64,000 nt of DNA from Solirubrobacterales bacterium (GCA_047605325.1 JASGFX010000001.1:59463-123462); one strand, 5' to 3'; positions 52,302-61,479 are shown, counted from the first letter of the stretch. Program-made: numbers and translations. The notes: generated by a model not told the origin, from the letters alone.

Positions 52302-52514
52302 TCAGTTGTCGCCGAAGCGAGCGCGGCGCTCGCACGGGGTGCAGTGCGCCTCGTAGCCGTGCGGGAAGATCTGCACGGTCAACTTCGCGCCGCACTCTTC
52401 GCAGCGGCGGTTGACGTCGAAGTCGCGCTCGGCGTCGAGCTGGGCGCGGGCTTCTTCGAGGCGCCGCACGTCCAGTGCCTCTGCCTCACGAGTGAGTTGT
52501 CCTGGTTCAAACAT
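52302..52514 (-). CDS. small CxxC...CxxC zinc-ribbon-like protein translationally coupled to bioB (BsaP-like candidate)
   Basis: 70 aa containing CEECGAKL...CTPCERR. Its ATG overlaps the bioB stop (ATGA at 52512-52516). Confidence 0.55.
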   Translation of the reverse strand: MFEPGQLTREAEALDVRRLEEARAQLDAERDFDVNRRCEECGAKLTVQIFPHGYEAHCTPCERRARFGDN

Positions 52515-53554
52515 CAGATCACTTTCGAAACGGCCTTGATCGGCATGCTCAGTTCTTCGAGCATGACGAGGTCCTTTCCTACATTCTCGCCGAGCGTGGT
52601 GAGGTAGTTGCCGGTGATCAGCGCGTTGATGCCCGACTGCATTCCCATCGCCTGCAGGTCGCCGAGCGTGACCTCACGGCCACCGGCGTAGCGCAGCATC
52701 GTCGAAGGCATGATCAGGCGGAAGATCGCGATCGTGCGGATCGCCTCCATCGGCGAGACCAGCTCGCGGTCTTCCATCGGCGTGCCCGGGCGCGGGTTCA
52801 GGAAGTTCATCGGCACCTCGTGCGGCTCGAGCGCGGCCAGCTGGAAGGCGAACTCGATGCGCTGCTCACGCGTCTCGCCCAGGCCGATGATGCCGCCTGA
52901 GCAGAGCTCCATGCCGGTCTCGCGGACCAACTCGCAGGTGCGCATGCGGTCTTCCCAGGAGTGCGTCGTGCAGACCTCGGGGAAGTAGCTCTTGGCCGCC
53001 TCGAGGTTGTGGTTGTAGCGGTGGACGCCGTTGTCTGCGAGCTCCTTGGCCTGCTCCTCGGTGAGGATGCCGAGCGACGCCGCGACCTCGAGGCCGGGGA
53101 CGTTCTCGTGCACGAGCTTGGTGCATTCGATCACGTGGTCCATCAGTCGGCGATCGGGGCCGCGCACGGCGTAGACGATGCAGAATTCGGTGGCGCCGGT
53201 CTCGGCCGTCGCCTCGGCCGCGGCGAGCAGCTGCTCGGGCGGGATGAACCCGGTCGGAGCGACTTCGCTGCCGAACACGCTCGACTGCGAGCAGAAGTTG
53301 CAGTCCTCGGGGCAGCCGCCGGTCTTGCCGGAGATGATCGATTCGACCTCGACCGACTCGCCGCAGTAGTCGAGACGCACGCGGTGGGCGAGGCCTGCGA
53401 GATGGCCGAGCTGGTCGTCGGGCAGCGCTTGGATCGCCAGGGCCTCGTCCATCGTGATCTTGCCGCGCTCCTCGAGCAATCGCTTCTCAGCGACCTTGAG
53501 GATCTCTGCGGGTTCGGCGGCGGGCTCTACGGGAAGGACGTTGCTCTGGGTCAT
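52514..53554 (-). CDS. bioB: biotin synthase
   Basis: Radical-SAM [12 protein letters not shown]. Typical BioB length (346 aa) from ATG 53554. Confidence 0.94.
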   Translation of the reverse strand: MTQSNVLPVEPAAEPAEILKVAEKRLLEERGKITMDEALAIQALPDDQLGHLAGLAHRVRLDYCGESVEVESIISGKTGGCPEDCNFCSQSSVFGSEVAPTGFIPPEQLLAAAEATAETGATEFCIVYAVRGPDRRLMDHVIECTKLVHENVPGLEVAASLGILTEEQAKELADNGVHRYNHNLEAAKSYFPEVCTTHSWEDRMRTCELVRETGMELCSGGIIGLGETREQRIEFAFQLAALEPHEVPMNFLNPRPGTPMEDRELVSPMEAIRTIAIFRLIMPSTMLRYAGGREVTLGDLQAMGMQSGINALITGNYLTTLGENVGKDLVMLEELSMPIKAVSKVI

Positions 53555-53564
53555 GCGCCGGAGT

Positions 53565-54296
53565 TTAGGCCGACTGCAGGTCGGCGAAGGCTTGAAACAG
53601 CGGGACAAGCGCACCGCTCTGTACCTGCTCGTCGATCTCGGCGGCGAGCTCCGCGCGCATCGCCTGCTTGGTCAACTGGTACGCGAAGGGCGAGAGCCCG
53701 GCCGCGCGCTCGGCCACGGCGGCGACCCGGGCGTCGAACTCCGCCGCCGGGGCGAGTTCGTCGAGGTAGCCGATCTCGAGCGCGCGGGCGGGGCGGAAGG
53801 TTTCGCCGTGCAGCAGGCCGCTCCCGAATGCAGACGGCACAAGGTGCGACTGCGCGAGCTTCATCGCAAACCCGCCGAACGGAATTCCGATCGCGACCTC
53901 GTTGAGACCGATCTTGTACTCGCCTTCGACGCCGACCGAGCGATCGCAGGCCAGCAGGATGATCGCGCCGCCGGCGATCGCGTGGCCGGTCACGGCGGCG
54001 ATCACGGGCTTGGGAAAGATGAAGATCCGGTGGGCGAGGCGCGCCATGTCCGGGCCTATGCGGCCGAGCGCGTCACGGTCGATCGTCTGCATCCACTTGA
54101 GATCCATGCCGGCCGAGAAGAAGTCGTCGCGGCCTCGTAATACGACTGCTCCGATCGACTCGTCGGCCTCGGCGCGGTCGAGGAACTCGAAGTACGCATT
54201 GAACACGTCGGTGCGCAGAGTGTTGGCCGCGTCGTCGTCGTGGACGATCGTCGCGACACGGTCACGAGCGACGTATTGCAGGACATCGGTCGGCAT
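53565..54296 (-). CDS. enoyl-CoA hydratase/isomerase (crotonase) family protein
   Basis: [17 protein letters not shown] oxyanion-hole region and [19 protein letters not shown] 54296 (MPTDVLQYV) is preferred over TTG 54359. Confidence 0.85.
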   Translation of the reverse strand: MPTDVLQYVARDRVATIVHDDDAANTLRTDVFNAYFEFLDRAEADESIGAVVLRGRDDFFSAGMDLKWMQTIDRDALGRIGPDMARLAHRIFIFPKPVIAAVTGHAIAGGAIILLACDRSVGVEGEYKIGLNEVAIGIPFGGFAMKLAQSHLVPSAFGSGLLHGETFRPARALEIGYLDELAPAAEFDARVAAVAERAAGLSPFAYQLTKQAMRAELAAEIDEQVQSGALVPLFQAFADLQSA

Positions 54297-54502
54297 CGCG
54301 GCCAACTCTATCGCCGGGCGCGCTGCAAGATCGCTGGCGGTTCGCGAAATTATTGACAACCTGGGAAGGAGTCGAAAACGCCGATACCAGCACTTTCTAC
54401 CGAACCGGCGGTATAAAACGTCGATTATCGACTAGTACGTTCGTCCACCCCGGAAAACCGGGCAAAAGCTGGGCGCTCAGAAGCCCGATAACCACGGGGT
54501 CA

Positions 54503-55705
54503 GTGTCTTCGCTCGAAAACACCAGATCCTCCCGCATTGAGGACTTCGGCCTGACCGCCGATCGCGAGCTTGTGCGCCGCGTCGCGATCGCGATGCTGGC
54601 ACTCGGCGGCGCGATCGAAGTGATGTATTCGGTCGCCTTCAATCCGCCCGACTGGACCGATGCCGCGGCGCTCGCGCTGACCGCCCTCGCGGCCGCGATC
54701 GTGCTGCTCGTTCCGTGGGACTTCGTCTCGCCGCGGCTGATCGTGATCCCCGTCCTGCTCGGCGTCGCAGCCGTCTCGCTGATCGTGATCGGCGACGGGG
54801 TGGCCGTCGGCATGTCGTTCCTCTTCCTGCCGGCTGCGCTCGTGATGGTCTTCTTCTGGAACGACCTGGTCGTGAAACTCGCGGTGATGATCCCGCTTTC
54901 GATCGTCTACGTCGTCGTGCCGGCGATCTGGGGCGATCACGAATCGTTGATCGAGGCGCTCACGAGTCTTCCTCTGCTGATCGGCAGCAGCGCCGTGCTC
55001 GGCGCGATGTTCAACCGCTTCCGCTCGGCGTCGGTCGAGCAGGCCCGCTTCCGCGGCACGATCACCGCCCTGCTGATGGCGCTCGACGCGCGCGACGACC
55101 ACAACTCCGAACACGCCTCAGAGGTGCTCGGCCTCGTGATGTCCGTCTCCGAGGATCTCGAGCTCGACTCGCGCCAGACCTTGCACACCGCTGACGTCGC
55201 GCTGCTGCATGACATTGGAAAAATCGGGATCCCCAACGAGATCCTCGAGAAGCCTTCTGCGCTCGACGACAAGGAGTGGGCCGTGATGCGGCGTCACCCC
55301 GAGATCGGCGAGCGCATCCTCAACGAGGTTCCCGGCTTCGAGTCGGTCGCCAACGCCGTGCGCCACGAACACGAGCGCTGGGATGGTACGGGCTACCCCG
55401 ACGGCCTCAAGGGCGAGGAGATCCCGATCGCCAGCCGCATCGTGCTCGCCTGCGACGCCTACCACGCGATGATCTCCGAGCGCCCCTACAGGGAGGCGCT
55501 CTCCGAAGCACAGGCCCGCGAGCAGCTCGTGCTCTGTTCGGGCACGCAGTTCGACCCACGGGTCGTCGGCTCGCTGCTCAAGGCGCTCGAGGTCCGCGAA
55601 GGTCGCGCCCTCACCGAGGTGCCCGGCTGGCGCGATTCGATCGAAGAAGGCGTGATCCACAACCTGCGCGTGCTGCACACCGAGGCGCACGGGAAGACTG
55701 CCTGA
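54503..55705 (+). CDS. membrane-anchored HD-GYP domain protein (putative c-di-GMP phosphodiesterase), paralog 1
   Basis: HSEHASEV, LLHDIGKIGIP, HHERWDGTGYPDG (HEHERWDGTGYPDG), ACDAYHAM. N-terminal TM block. Start is uncertain (GTG 54503 versus TTG 54353). Confidence 0.85.
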   Translation: MSSLENTRSSRIEDFGLTADRELVRRVAIAMLALGGAIEVMYSVAFNPPDWTDAAALALTALAAAIVLLVPWDFVSPRLIVIPVLLGVAAVSLIVIGDGVAVGMSFLFLPAALVMVFFWNDLVVKLAVMIPLSIVYVVVPAIWGDHESLIEALTSLPLLIGSSAVLGAMFNRFRSASVEQARFRGTITALLMALDARDDHNSEHASEVLGLVMSVSEDLELDSRQTLHTADVALLHDIGKIGIPNEILEKPSALDDKEWAVMRRHPEIGERILNEVPGFESVANAVRHEHERWDGTGYPDGLKGEEIPIASRIVLACDAYHAMISERPYREALSEAQAREQLVLCSGTQFDPRVVGSLLKALEVREGRALTEVPGWRDSIEEGVIHNLRVLHTEAHGKTA

Positions 55706-55707
55706 GC

Positions 55708-56889
55708 ATGTCCGACGGCTTCTACACCGGGCTTCCGACCACGCAGCGCCGCGAGGCCGCCGATGCGCGCGCGGAGTACGAGCTGATGTGCCGCACGATG
55801 TCGGCGATGTATCTCTCGGGCATCGGCTTCATCGCGCTGTGGGCCGCGCTGGTCGGCGACATCGACGTCTTCTCGTACGTCGCTGCGACGATCTGCCTGG
55901 CGATGGGCTTCATCGGCCTGATGCTCGCGCGCTACAGCGTGCCCAAGCGCGCCTTTGTGATTCCGCTGCTCGTCGGCGTCGTCGTGCAGCTTGCGCTTGC
56001 CGCGCACTACGAGCAGTCGACGGCCGGCTTCTTCCTGTTGCTCCCGGGCATCTATTGCGTGGTGTTCTTCTGGGGCGACAAATTGGTTTCCTGGGGAGGT
56101 ACAGCAGTCATCACCGCTGCGTTCGTCGCCGAGCCCTTCCTGGTGGGGGGCGACGCGGCGGTCGCGCGGGTGGTGACGACGACGCCGATCTTCCTCGGCA
56201 TGGTGCTGACGACCGGATACCTCGGACACGAGGCGGCCCAGATGAAGCGCAACCGCGGCCGCTTCGAGTCGACGATCTCGTCGCTGCTCGTCGCGCTGCA
56301 GGAGCGCGACGGCTACACCGCCGACCATTCAGAGGAGACGGTCGACCTCGCGATGGCCGTCGGCGACAAACTGAACATCTCCGAGGAGCAGCGCACGGTG
56401 CTTGCCGACGTCGCGCTGCTGCATGACATTGGAAAAATCGGGATCCCCAACGAGATCCTCAACAAGACCGACGGGCTCGACGACCACGAGTGGGAGTTCA
56501 TGAAGCGTCACCCGGAGATCGGCGAGCGCATCGTCGCCCCGGTGCCGGGCTTCGCGAAGGTCGCGAAGGCGATCCGCCACGAGCATGAGCGCTGGGATGG
56601 CGCGGGCTATCCGGACGGGATCGCCGGTCACGAGATTCCGCTCGCGAGTCGGGTGGTGCTGGTCTGCGACGCGTTCCACGCGATGATCACCGATCGTCCT
56701 TACCGCAAGGCGATCGGCATGGAGGCCGCGCGTGAGGAGCTGATCCTCCACGCCGGCTCGCAGTTCGACCCCGACGTCGTCGCGGCGCTGCTTCAGGTCA
56801 TCGATGAAGAGTCGGTGCCGGAGTCGGTCGGGCGTGCGGCATGGACCGGTACGACGAACGCTGCTGCCGAGCTGGCGCAGGCCGGCTGA
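55708..56889 (+). CDS. membrane-anchored HD-GYP domain protein, paralog 2
   Basis: HSEETVDL, LLHDIGKIGIP, HEHERWDGAGYPDG, VCDAFHAM. ATG 55708 lies 2 nt after the paralog 1 stop. Confidence 0.88.
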   Translation: MSDGFYTGLPTTQRREAADARAEYELMCRTMSAMYLSGIGFIALWAALVGDIDVFSYVAATICLAMGFIGLMLARYSVPKRAFVIPLLVGVVVQLALAAHYEQSTAGFFLLLPGIYCVVFFWGDKLVSWGGTAVITAAFVAEPFLVGGDAAVARVVTTTPIFLGMVLTTGYLGHEAAQMKRNRGRFESTISSLLVALQERDGYTADHSEETVDLAMAVGDKLNISEEQRTVLADVALLHDIGKIGIPNEILNKTDGLDDHEWEFMKRHPEIGERIVAPVPGFAKVAKAIRHEHERWDGAGYPDGIAGHEIPLASRVVLVCDAFHAMITDRPYRKAIGMEAAREELILHAGSQFDPDVVAALLQVIDEESVPESVGRAAWTGTTNAAAELAQAG

Positions 56890-57409
56890 GCACCCTCAGC
56901 GCGAACATCACGACGATCACACCGGTTGACGCGATCACCGGACCCTTCAGCCAGGCCTCGCCGGCGTCGCTGCCGGCGCCGAGCACGTGCACCACGCACA
57001 ACGCCCAAGCGACGATCGTGAAGCGGTGCAGCGTCTTCCAGCGATTGATTCCGATGCGGTCGCGCGCGTAGTACGAAAGGCCGAGGGTCATCGCGATCCA
57101 GGCGCCGACGATCCCAAGCCCGCTGTAGAGCGGGCGGTAGTCGAGCTTGAACGGCACCAGCAGCTCGGTCACGGTCGCCTTCAGCCACGGGTCGAAGATC
57201 AGCAGCGCTCCGTGCACGACGATCGCGACCAACGCCGCCAGCGAGACGAATTCGTGCACGCGCGTGAGGTCTCGCGCCTTGACGCCGAGTGGCAGGCGGC
57301 CACCCTGGGCGAGGCCGACGATCACCGTGAACGTCAGCATCGTCATCGCGACGATGCCGGCGGCGCGGCTGCCGATCCAGAAGATGTGCGAGGTGTAGTC
57401 GCCGGTCAC
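56798..57409 (-). CDS. ferric-reductase-like transmembrane (b-type heme, MsrQ/FRD-like) protein
   Basis: 203 aa, 6 TM. His residues in TM helices (VHEFVSLAALVAIVVHGALL; LHRFTIVAWALCVVHVL). Start overlaps the apbE stop. Confidence 0.7.
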   Translation of the reverse strand: MTGDYTSHIFWIGSRAAGIVAMTMLTFTVIVGLAQGGRLPLGVKARDLTRVHEFVSLAALVAIVVHGALLIFDPWLKATVTELLVPFKLDYRPLYSGLGIVGAWIAMTLGLSYYARDRIGINRWKTLHRFTIVAWALCVVHVLGAGSDAGEAWLKGPVIASTGVIVVMFALRVLSRPAPARQQRSSYRSMPHARPTPAPTLHR

Positions 57410-58347
57410 GCCGCCGCCGCCAGTTCGGGCGCGACGTACTGCGCGCTGCAGTCATCGAAGATCACGACGCCGCCGTCGGCTGCGGCGAGTGTTTCCGTCG
57501 CGCCGCGCTCGCCGCGCAGGAAGGCGATCTTCGCGATCGTCTCCGCGACCAGCGCGGTGGGGGCGAGCGCGGTGACGGCGACGACGCCGGTCCACGCCGG
57601 AAGACCCGCCCGCGGGTCGATCAGGTGATGGGCCGGAGCGCCGCCCTCGCCGCGCCAGATGCGATTGCGGATGCTTGTGGTGGCGACGGCGCCGCCGGTC
57701 ATCGCCAGCGGCAGCGGTGTGTCGGAAAATGGGTTCTCGACTCCGATCTGGCCCCAGCGGTTGCCGCGCGGGCCGAAGCGGATGTCGCCGCCGCAGTCGA
57801 TGCAGAAGTCTGCGCCTGGGCCGAGCGCCGTCGACCAGCTGCGCGCCAGCAGATCGGCCGCGAGACCTTTGCCGACACCGCCGCTGTCGAGCGTGACCCC
57901 GGCCGGGCGGGTCAGCGTGCGCGTACGGCGGTCGTAGACGATCGCACGCCATGCGCTCGTCGGATCGGGGCGCGCCGCGCGCCGCGCCGGCGCCTCTTCG
58001 AGGGCTGACATGAGGTCGGCCGGGGTGGCGCCGGCGCGCGACTCGGCGTAGCCCGCGCGGATCAGCGCGGGCGTGATGGTCGGGTCGACCAGCCCGCCGC
58101 TGGCCGTCGCCGCCCACAATGCGGCCTCGATGAACTCTCCCATCAACCAGGAGACGCCGACGGTCTCGGCGCCGTCGGCGTTCACGCGAGAGAGTTCGCT
58201 GCCGGCCGCAAAGCGTGTGAGCGCCGAGTCGAACCCGTCGATGAACCGCCTGCCGGAGGAGAGCAGGCTGCTTGCGCGGGCGCTCGGCGCGCCATCGATG
58301 CGCAGCTCGATCTGAGTGCCCATCGCGCGAAAGCAGATCGCGCTCAT
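57406..58347 (-). CDS. apbE: FAD:protein FMN transferase (ApbE family)
   Basis: FRAMGTQIELRI start, LDSGGVGKGLAADL, AVATTSIRNR...HHLIDPRAGLP. Confidence 0.85.
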   Translation of the reverse strand: MSAICFRAMGTQIELRIDGAPSARASSLLSSGRRFIDGFDSALTRFAAGSELSRVNADGAETVGVSWLMGEFIEAALWAATASGGLVDPTITPALIRAGYAESRAGATPADLMSALEEAPARRAARPDPTSAWRAIVYDRRTRTLTRPAGVTLDSGGVGKGLAADLLARSWSTALGPGADFCIDCGGDIRFGPRGNRWGQIGVENPFSDTPLPLAMTGGAVATTSIRNRIWRGEGGAPAHHLIDPRAGLPAWTGVVAVTALAPTALVAETIAKIAFLRGERGATETLAAADGGVVIFDDCSAQYVAPELAAAA

Positions 58348-58700
58348 GACGCCCTCGTCGTAGGCGTGGAAGCAGAAGATGTGGAATCGGACGAGGAGGA
58401 CTGCTCCGCGGAGCTTCCTGAGTCGCTCTCGCTCTGTGTGTCCTCTGCGTAGTCCGAGGAGTCGTCGTTGTACTCCTCGTCCGATTCGTAGGTCTCTTCG
58501 CTCTCGGTCGTCGTCTTGACGGTCTGGCCCGGGGAGGAGGAGGTGAGGGCAGACGTCGCGCTGAAGGACAGCAGTGCGAAGACGATCGCGAAGAGCGCAA
58601 GCGAGCTCATCAGCACCCGGCGGGCCGTGCGGCGGCGGATCGCAATCCGCTTTGCTCTGGCCGCGCGGGCCGCTTCGAGTGCTTTGGCGTCAACTTGCAT
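58344..58700 (-). CDS. small N-terminally anchored protein with acidic Ser/Thr-rich low-complexity tail
   Basis: 118 aa with one TM (VLMSSLALFAIVFALLSF). Tail ends ...SSDSTSSASTPTTRAS. Its stop overlaps the apbE ATG (ATGA). Confidence 0.55.
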   Translation of the reverse strand: MQVDAKALEAARAARAKRIAIRRRTARRVLMSSLALFAIVFALLSFSATSALTSSSPGQTVKTTTESEETYESDEEYNDDSSDYAEDTQSESDSGSSAEQSSSSDSTSSASTPTTRAS

Positions 58701-58765
58701 GCTGGGATATTCGCCCCAGCACGTTGGAGGCGCCCGAGAGCGCTCTGTGAGTTTGCTGAGACCGT

Positions 58766-60886
58766 CTAGGCCGGTTCGGCAGCCGTCTCGGCCGCTGGCG
58801 CGGACGGACCCTCAGAGAGTCCGAACCGTGCGTGCAGGCGCTTCATCCAGCGCGGCGCCCACCAGTTGTATTCGCCCAGCAGCGCCATCAGGGCGGGCAC
58901 GAGCAGCGCGCGGATCAGCGTCGCGTCGATCGCCACGGCAAGCGCCGTACCGACGCCGAGCTCCTTGATGAAGACGATTCCCGAGAGACTGAAGGCGCCG
59001 ATCGCGACGCAGAACAGCAGTGCCGCCGAAGTGATCACACGGCCCGTGCGGGCGAGACCCTGGGCCACGGCTTCGTGGTTGCCGAGACCCTGATCGTGCA
59101 GCTCCTTGATCCGCCCGAGCAGGAAGACGCCGTAGTCGGTGGCGAGCGCGAAACTGATCACGAAGAGCAGGACGGGCTGGGTCATCTCGAGCGCGCCCTG
59201 TGACTGGTAGCCGAGCAGTCCCTCGAGGTGGCCCTCGCCGAAGATCCAGGTAAGCACGCCGAACGTGGCGGCGAGCGTCAGCAGGTTCATGATGAAGGTC
59301 TTGATCGGCAGCACGACGCTGCCGGTCATCAGGAAGAGCACTACGAAAGTGATCAAGAGGATCAGCAGCAGCGCGAGCGGTATGCGGTCGAGGATCGTCG
59401 CACGCTGGTCGACGAACACCGCGCTGGTGCCGCCGACGCGGAAGGTCTCGGCTGAATCGATCCCGCGGATGTCCTGGACGGCGTCGAGTGCGGACGGCTC
59501 ATAGAAGAGCTCGTCGGTCTGCACGTCGAAGCGCCACGTGTCGTCTCCGAGGTAGACGGGCTTTGCGACGGCCTCGACGCCGTCGGTCTCGGCGACGTCG
59601 GCGCGCAGCGCGGCGACCTTCTCGGCGTCGCCCTTGGGCGCGTCGACCTGGACGAACACGGTCGAGGTCTGCGCGGCAGGGAAGTCTTCGGCCAGGCGAT
59701 CCTGCACCTGGTGCGCCTGATTGGTGCTCGGCAGCACTGTCGCGTCGACCGACGTGAACGACATGTTTCGGATCGGCGAGGCGAGTACGAGGATCACGAG
59801 GGTGACCGCGATCGCGACGAGCGCCGGGCGTTTCATCACGCCGTTCGCGAGGCCGTACCAGCGCCTGGTCGACTCGTCGATCGGCTTGCGCGCGATCGAG
59901 AAGCGATCGATCTTCGGCCCCAGCAGATAGAGCACCGCCGGCAGCACGGTCAGCGCCACGACGGCAGAGGCGATCGCCACGGTCGCGCCGGCGAAGGCCA
60001 TCGAGTAGAGGAACTTCAGCGGGAAGATCGCGAGCACGAGCACGGCGCCGGCGACGGTCATGGCCGAGTAGACGATCGTGCGCCCGGCCGTGTTCATGGT
60101 CGTAGCGACGGCCTGTCTCGTATCGGCGCCGGCCGCGATCTCCTCGCGATACCTCGTGATTGTGAGCAGCGCGTAGTCGATCGCAAGACCCAGACCGAGG
60201 CCGGTCGTGAGGTTGAGCGCGAAGATCGAGAGGCTTGTCGCCTCGTTGTAGAAGCTGATCATCATCATCGTCAGCGGAATCGTGATCGCACCGATCAGCA
60301 GGGGCAGTGCCGCCGCGATCAGGCTGCGGAAGACGAGCAGAGAGATCAGGAAGAGCAGGGGGAAGGCGATCATCTCGGAGCGGCTCAGGTCGCTGCTGAC
60401 TGTCTCGCTGACGTAGTGCTGGGCGACGAGGGCTCCTCCGAGCTGCACGTTGTAGTCGCCGGCGAAGGTGTCGACTGCGTTTTCGGCGACGCCGCTGTCG
60501 GCCGAGCCCTGCTCGGTGTGGGCGATGACCATCTGCGTGGCGCCGTCGCTCGAGACCGCGCCGGGGCTGACGGCGACGACGCCGTCGAGCTTGGCGAGGC
60601 GCTTCTGGGCGTCGGCGATGGCGGCGCGCCCCTCGGGGCTGGTGACCGGCCTGTCGCCGGGGGCCGAGACGAGCGCGACGATGTCGAGGTCGGGGTCGTA
60701 GCCGGTCGCCTTCGAGACGGCGTCGGCAGCCTTCTGGGACTCGGCGCCCATGTTGGCGAAGCCCTGCGCGGCGAGGCGGTCGGGCAGGCCGTTCGAGACG
60801 GCGAGACTGACGATCGCCACGATCGCGGCCGTGATCAACACGCGGCCGGGGCGGCGGGTGGCGAGATTGCTGAGAGCGATGAACAT
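58766..60886 (-). CDS. MMPL family (RND-type) transporter
   Basis: 706 aa with two 6-TM bundles, each preceded by a periplasmic loop. ALATDYGVFLLGRIKE and GLGLAIDYALLTITRYREE are typical of MMPL proteins. Confidence 0.9.
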   Translation of the reverse strand: MFIALSNLATRRPGRVLITAAIVAIVSLAVSNGLPDRLAAQGFANMGAESQKAADAVSKATGYDPDLDIVALVSAPGDRPVTSPEGRAAIADAQKRLAKLDGVVAVSPGAVSSDGATQMVIAHTEQGSADSGVAENAVDTFAGDYNVQLGGALVAQHYVSETVSSDLSRSEMIAFPLLFLISLLVFRSLIAAALPLLIGAITIPLTMMMISFYNEATSLSIFALNLTTGLGLGLAIDYALLTITRYREEIAAGADTRQAVATTMNTAGRTIVYSAMTVAGAVLVLAIFPLKFLYSMAFAGATVAIASAVVALTVLPAVLYLLGPKIDRFSIARKPIDESTRRWYGLANGVMKRPALVAIAVTLVILVLASPIRNMSFTSVDATVLPSTNQAHQVQDRLAEDFPAAQTSTVFVQVDAPKGDAEKVAALRADVAETDGVEAVAKPVYLGDDTWRFDVQTDELFYEPSALDAVQDIRGIDSAETFRVGGTSAVFVDQRATILDRIPLALLLILLITFVVLFLMTGSVVLPIKTFIMNLLTLAATFGVLTWIFGEGHLEGLLGYQSQGALEMTQPVLLFVISFALATDYGVFLLGRIKELHDQGLGNHEAVAQGLARTGRVITSAALLFCVAIGAFSLSGIVFIKELGVGTALAVAIDATLIRALLVPALMALLGEYNWWAPRWMKRLHARFGLSEGPSAPAAETAAEPA

Positions 60887-60897
60887 GGGGTTCTCTC

Positions 60898-61431
60898 CTA
60901 CGACTCGAGCTTGGCGATCGACCGGTCACACCAGTCGATCACGTATTGATGGAGCCCGAGTCCGTACTCGAGCACGAGGTCTGGCATTTGGGGGAGGCCG
61001 CCGCCCCGCACGACCTGGATCGACTTCAGGGTTGCGAGCGTTTCCGCGCGCTCGTCGCGCAGCTCACGGAGCTTGCCGAGCTGCTCCTCCTTGGTGAGCT
61101 CGCCGGAGAAGAAGATGCGCAGGATTCCCTCGTCGCGCATCTCGATGCGGTTCTCGTTCTCGAGCAGCCAGGCGCGCAGGGTCGCGTGGCCCTCGTCCGT
61201 GATCGAGTAGGCCGTGCGGGCACGGCCACCGGTGGCGCGATCCTCGCCGGTGACGAGTCCGGCCTCGGCGAGCTTCTTGAGTTCGGGGTAGATCTGGCCG
61301 TAGCTCGCGGTGAAGAAGAAGCGCACCGACTGGTCGATGTACTGCTTCAGGTCGTAACCGCTGAGCGGATCCTCGTGCTTGGCGAGGAATCCGAGGATCA
61401 CGTAGGCGACGTTCGAGAACTCAGCGGCCAT
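60898..61431 (-). CDS. PadR family transcriptional regulator
   Basis: Winged-helix N-terminus YVILGFLAKHEDPLSGYDLKQYIDQSVRFFFTASYGQIYPELKKLAEAGLV. It lies 11 nt upstream of the MMPL gene. Confidence 0.9.
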   Translation of the reverse strand: MAAEFSNVAYVILGFLAKHEDPLSGYDLKQYIDQSVRFFFTASYGQIYPELKKLAEAGLVTGEDRATGGRARTAYSITDEGHATLRAWLLENENRIEMRDEGILRIFFSGELTKEEQLGKLRELRDERAETLATLKSIQVVRGGGLPQMPDLVLEYGLGLHQYVIDWCDRSIAKLES

Positions 61432-61437
61432 GTGGCC

Positions 61438-61467
61438 AATATATCAGATTGATATATCTTTGTGCAA
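61438..61467 (-). promoter_or_regulatory. candidate padR promoter (-35 TTGCAC, 18-nt spacer, -10 TATATT) giving a leaderless or near-leaderless mRNA
   Basis: Minus strand reads TTGCAC-aaagatatatcaatctga-TATATT-ggccac-ATG. The -10 ends 6 nt before the start codon and there is no SD. Confidence 0.5.
61439..61457. promoter_or_regulatory. perfect 8-bp-arm palindrome ATATATCA-GAT-TGATATAT (candidate PadR operator)
   Basis: Read directly. It sits between and over the -10 of the candidate padR promoter. It is all A/T apart from the C/G pair and the spacer, in a GC-rich genome. Confidence 0.5.
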
Positions 61468-61479
61468 TATTTAGCAAGC

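Noticed and set aside
54297-54502. Possible c-di-GMP (GEMM-I type) riboswitch in the relatively AT-rich 200-nt leader of the first HD-GYP gene. It contains CCGGGCAAAAGC and GGGCGCUCAGAAGCCC hairpins.
   Set aside because: Only superficial resemblance (GGGCAAA, a GAAGCC-like string). I could not lay out the two-hairpin GEMM architecture with a tetraloop and receptor. An Rfam covariance-model scan would be needed before any claim.
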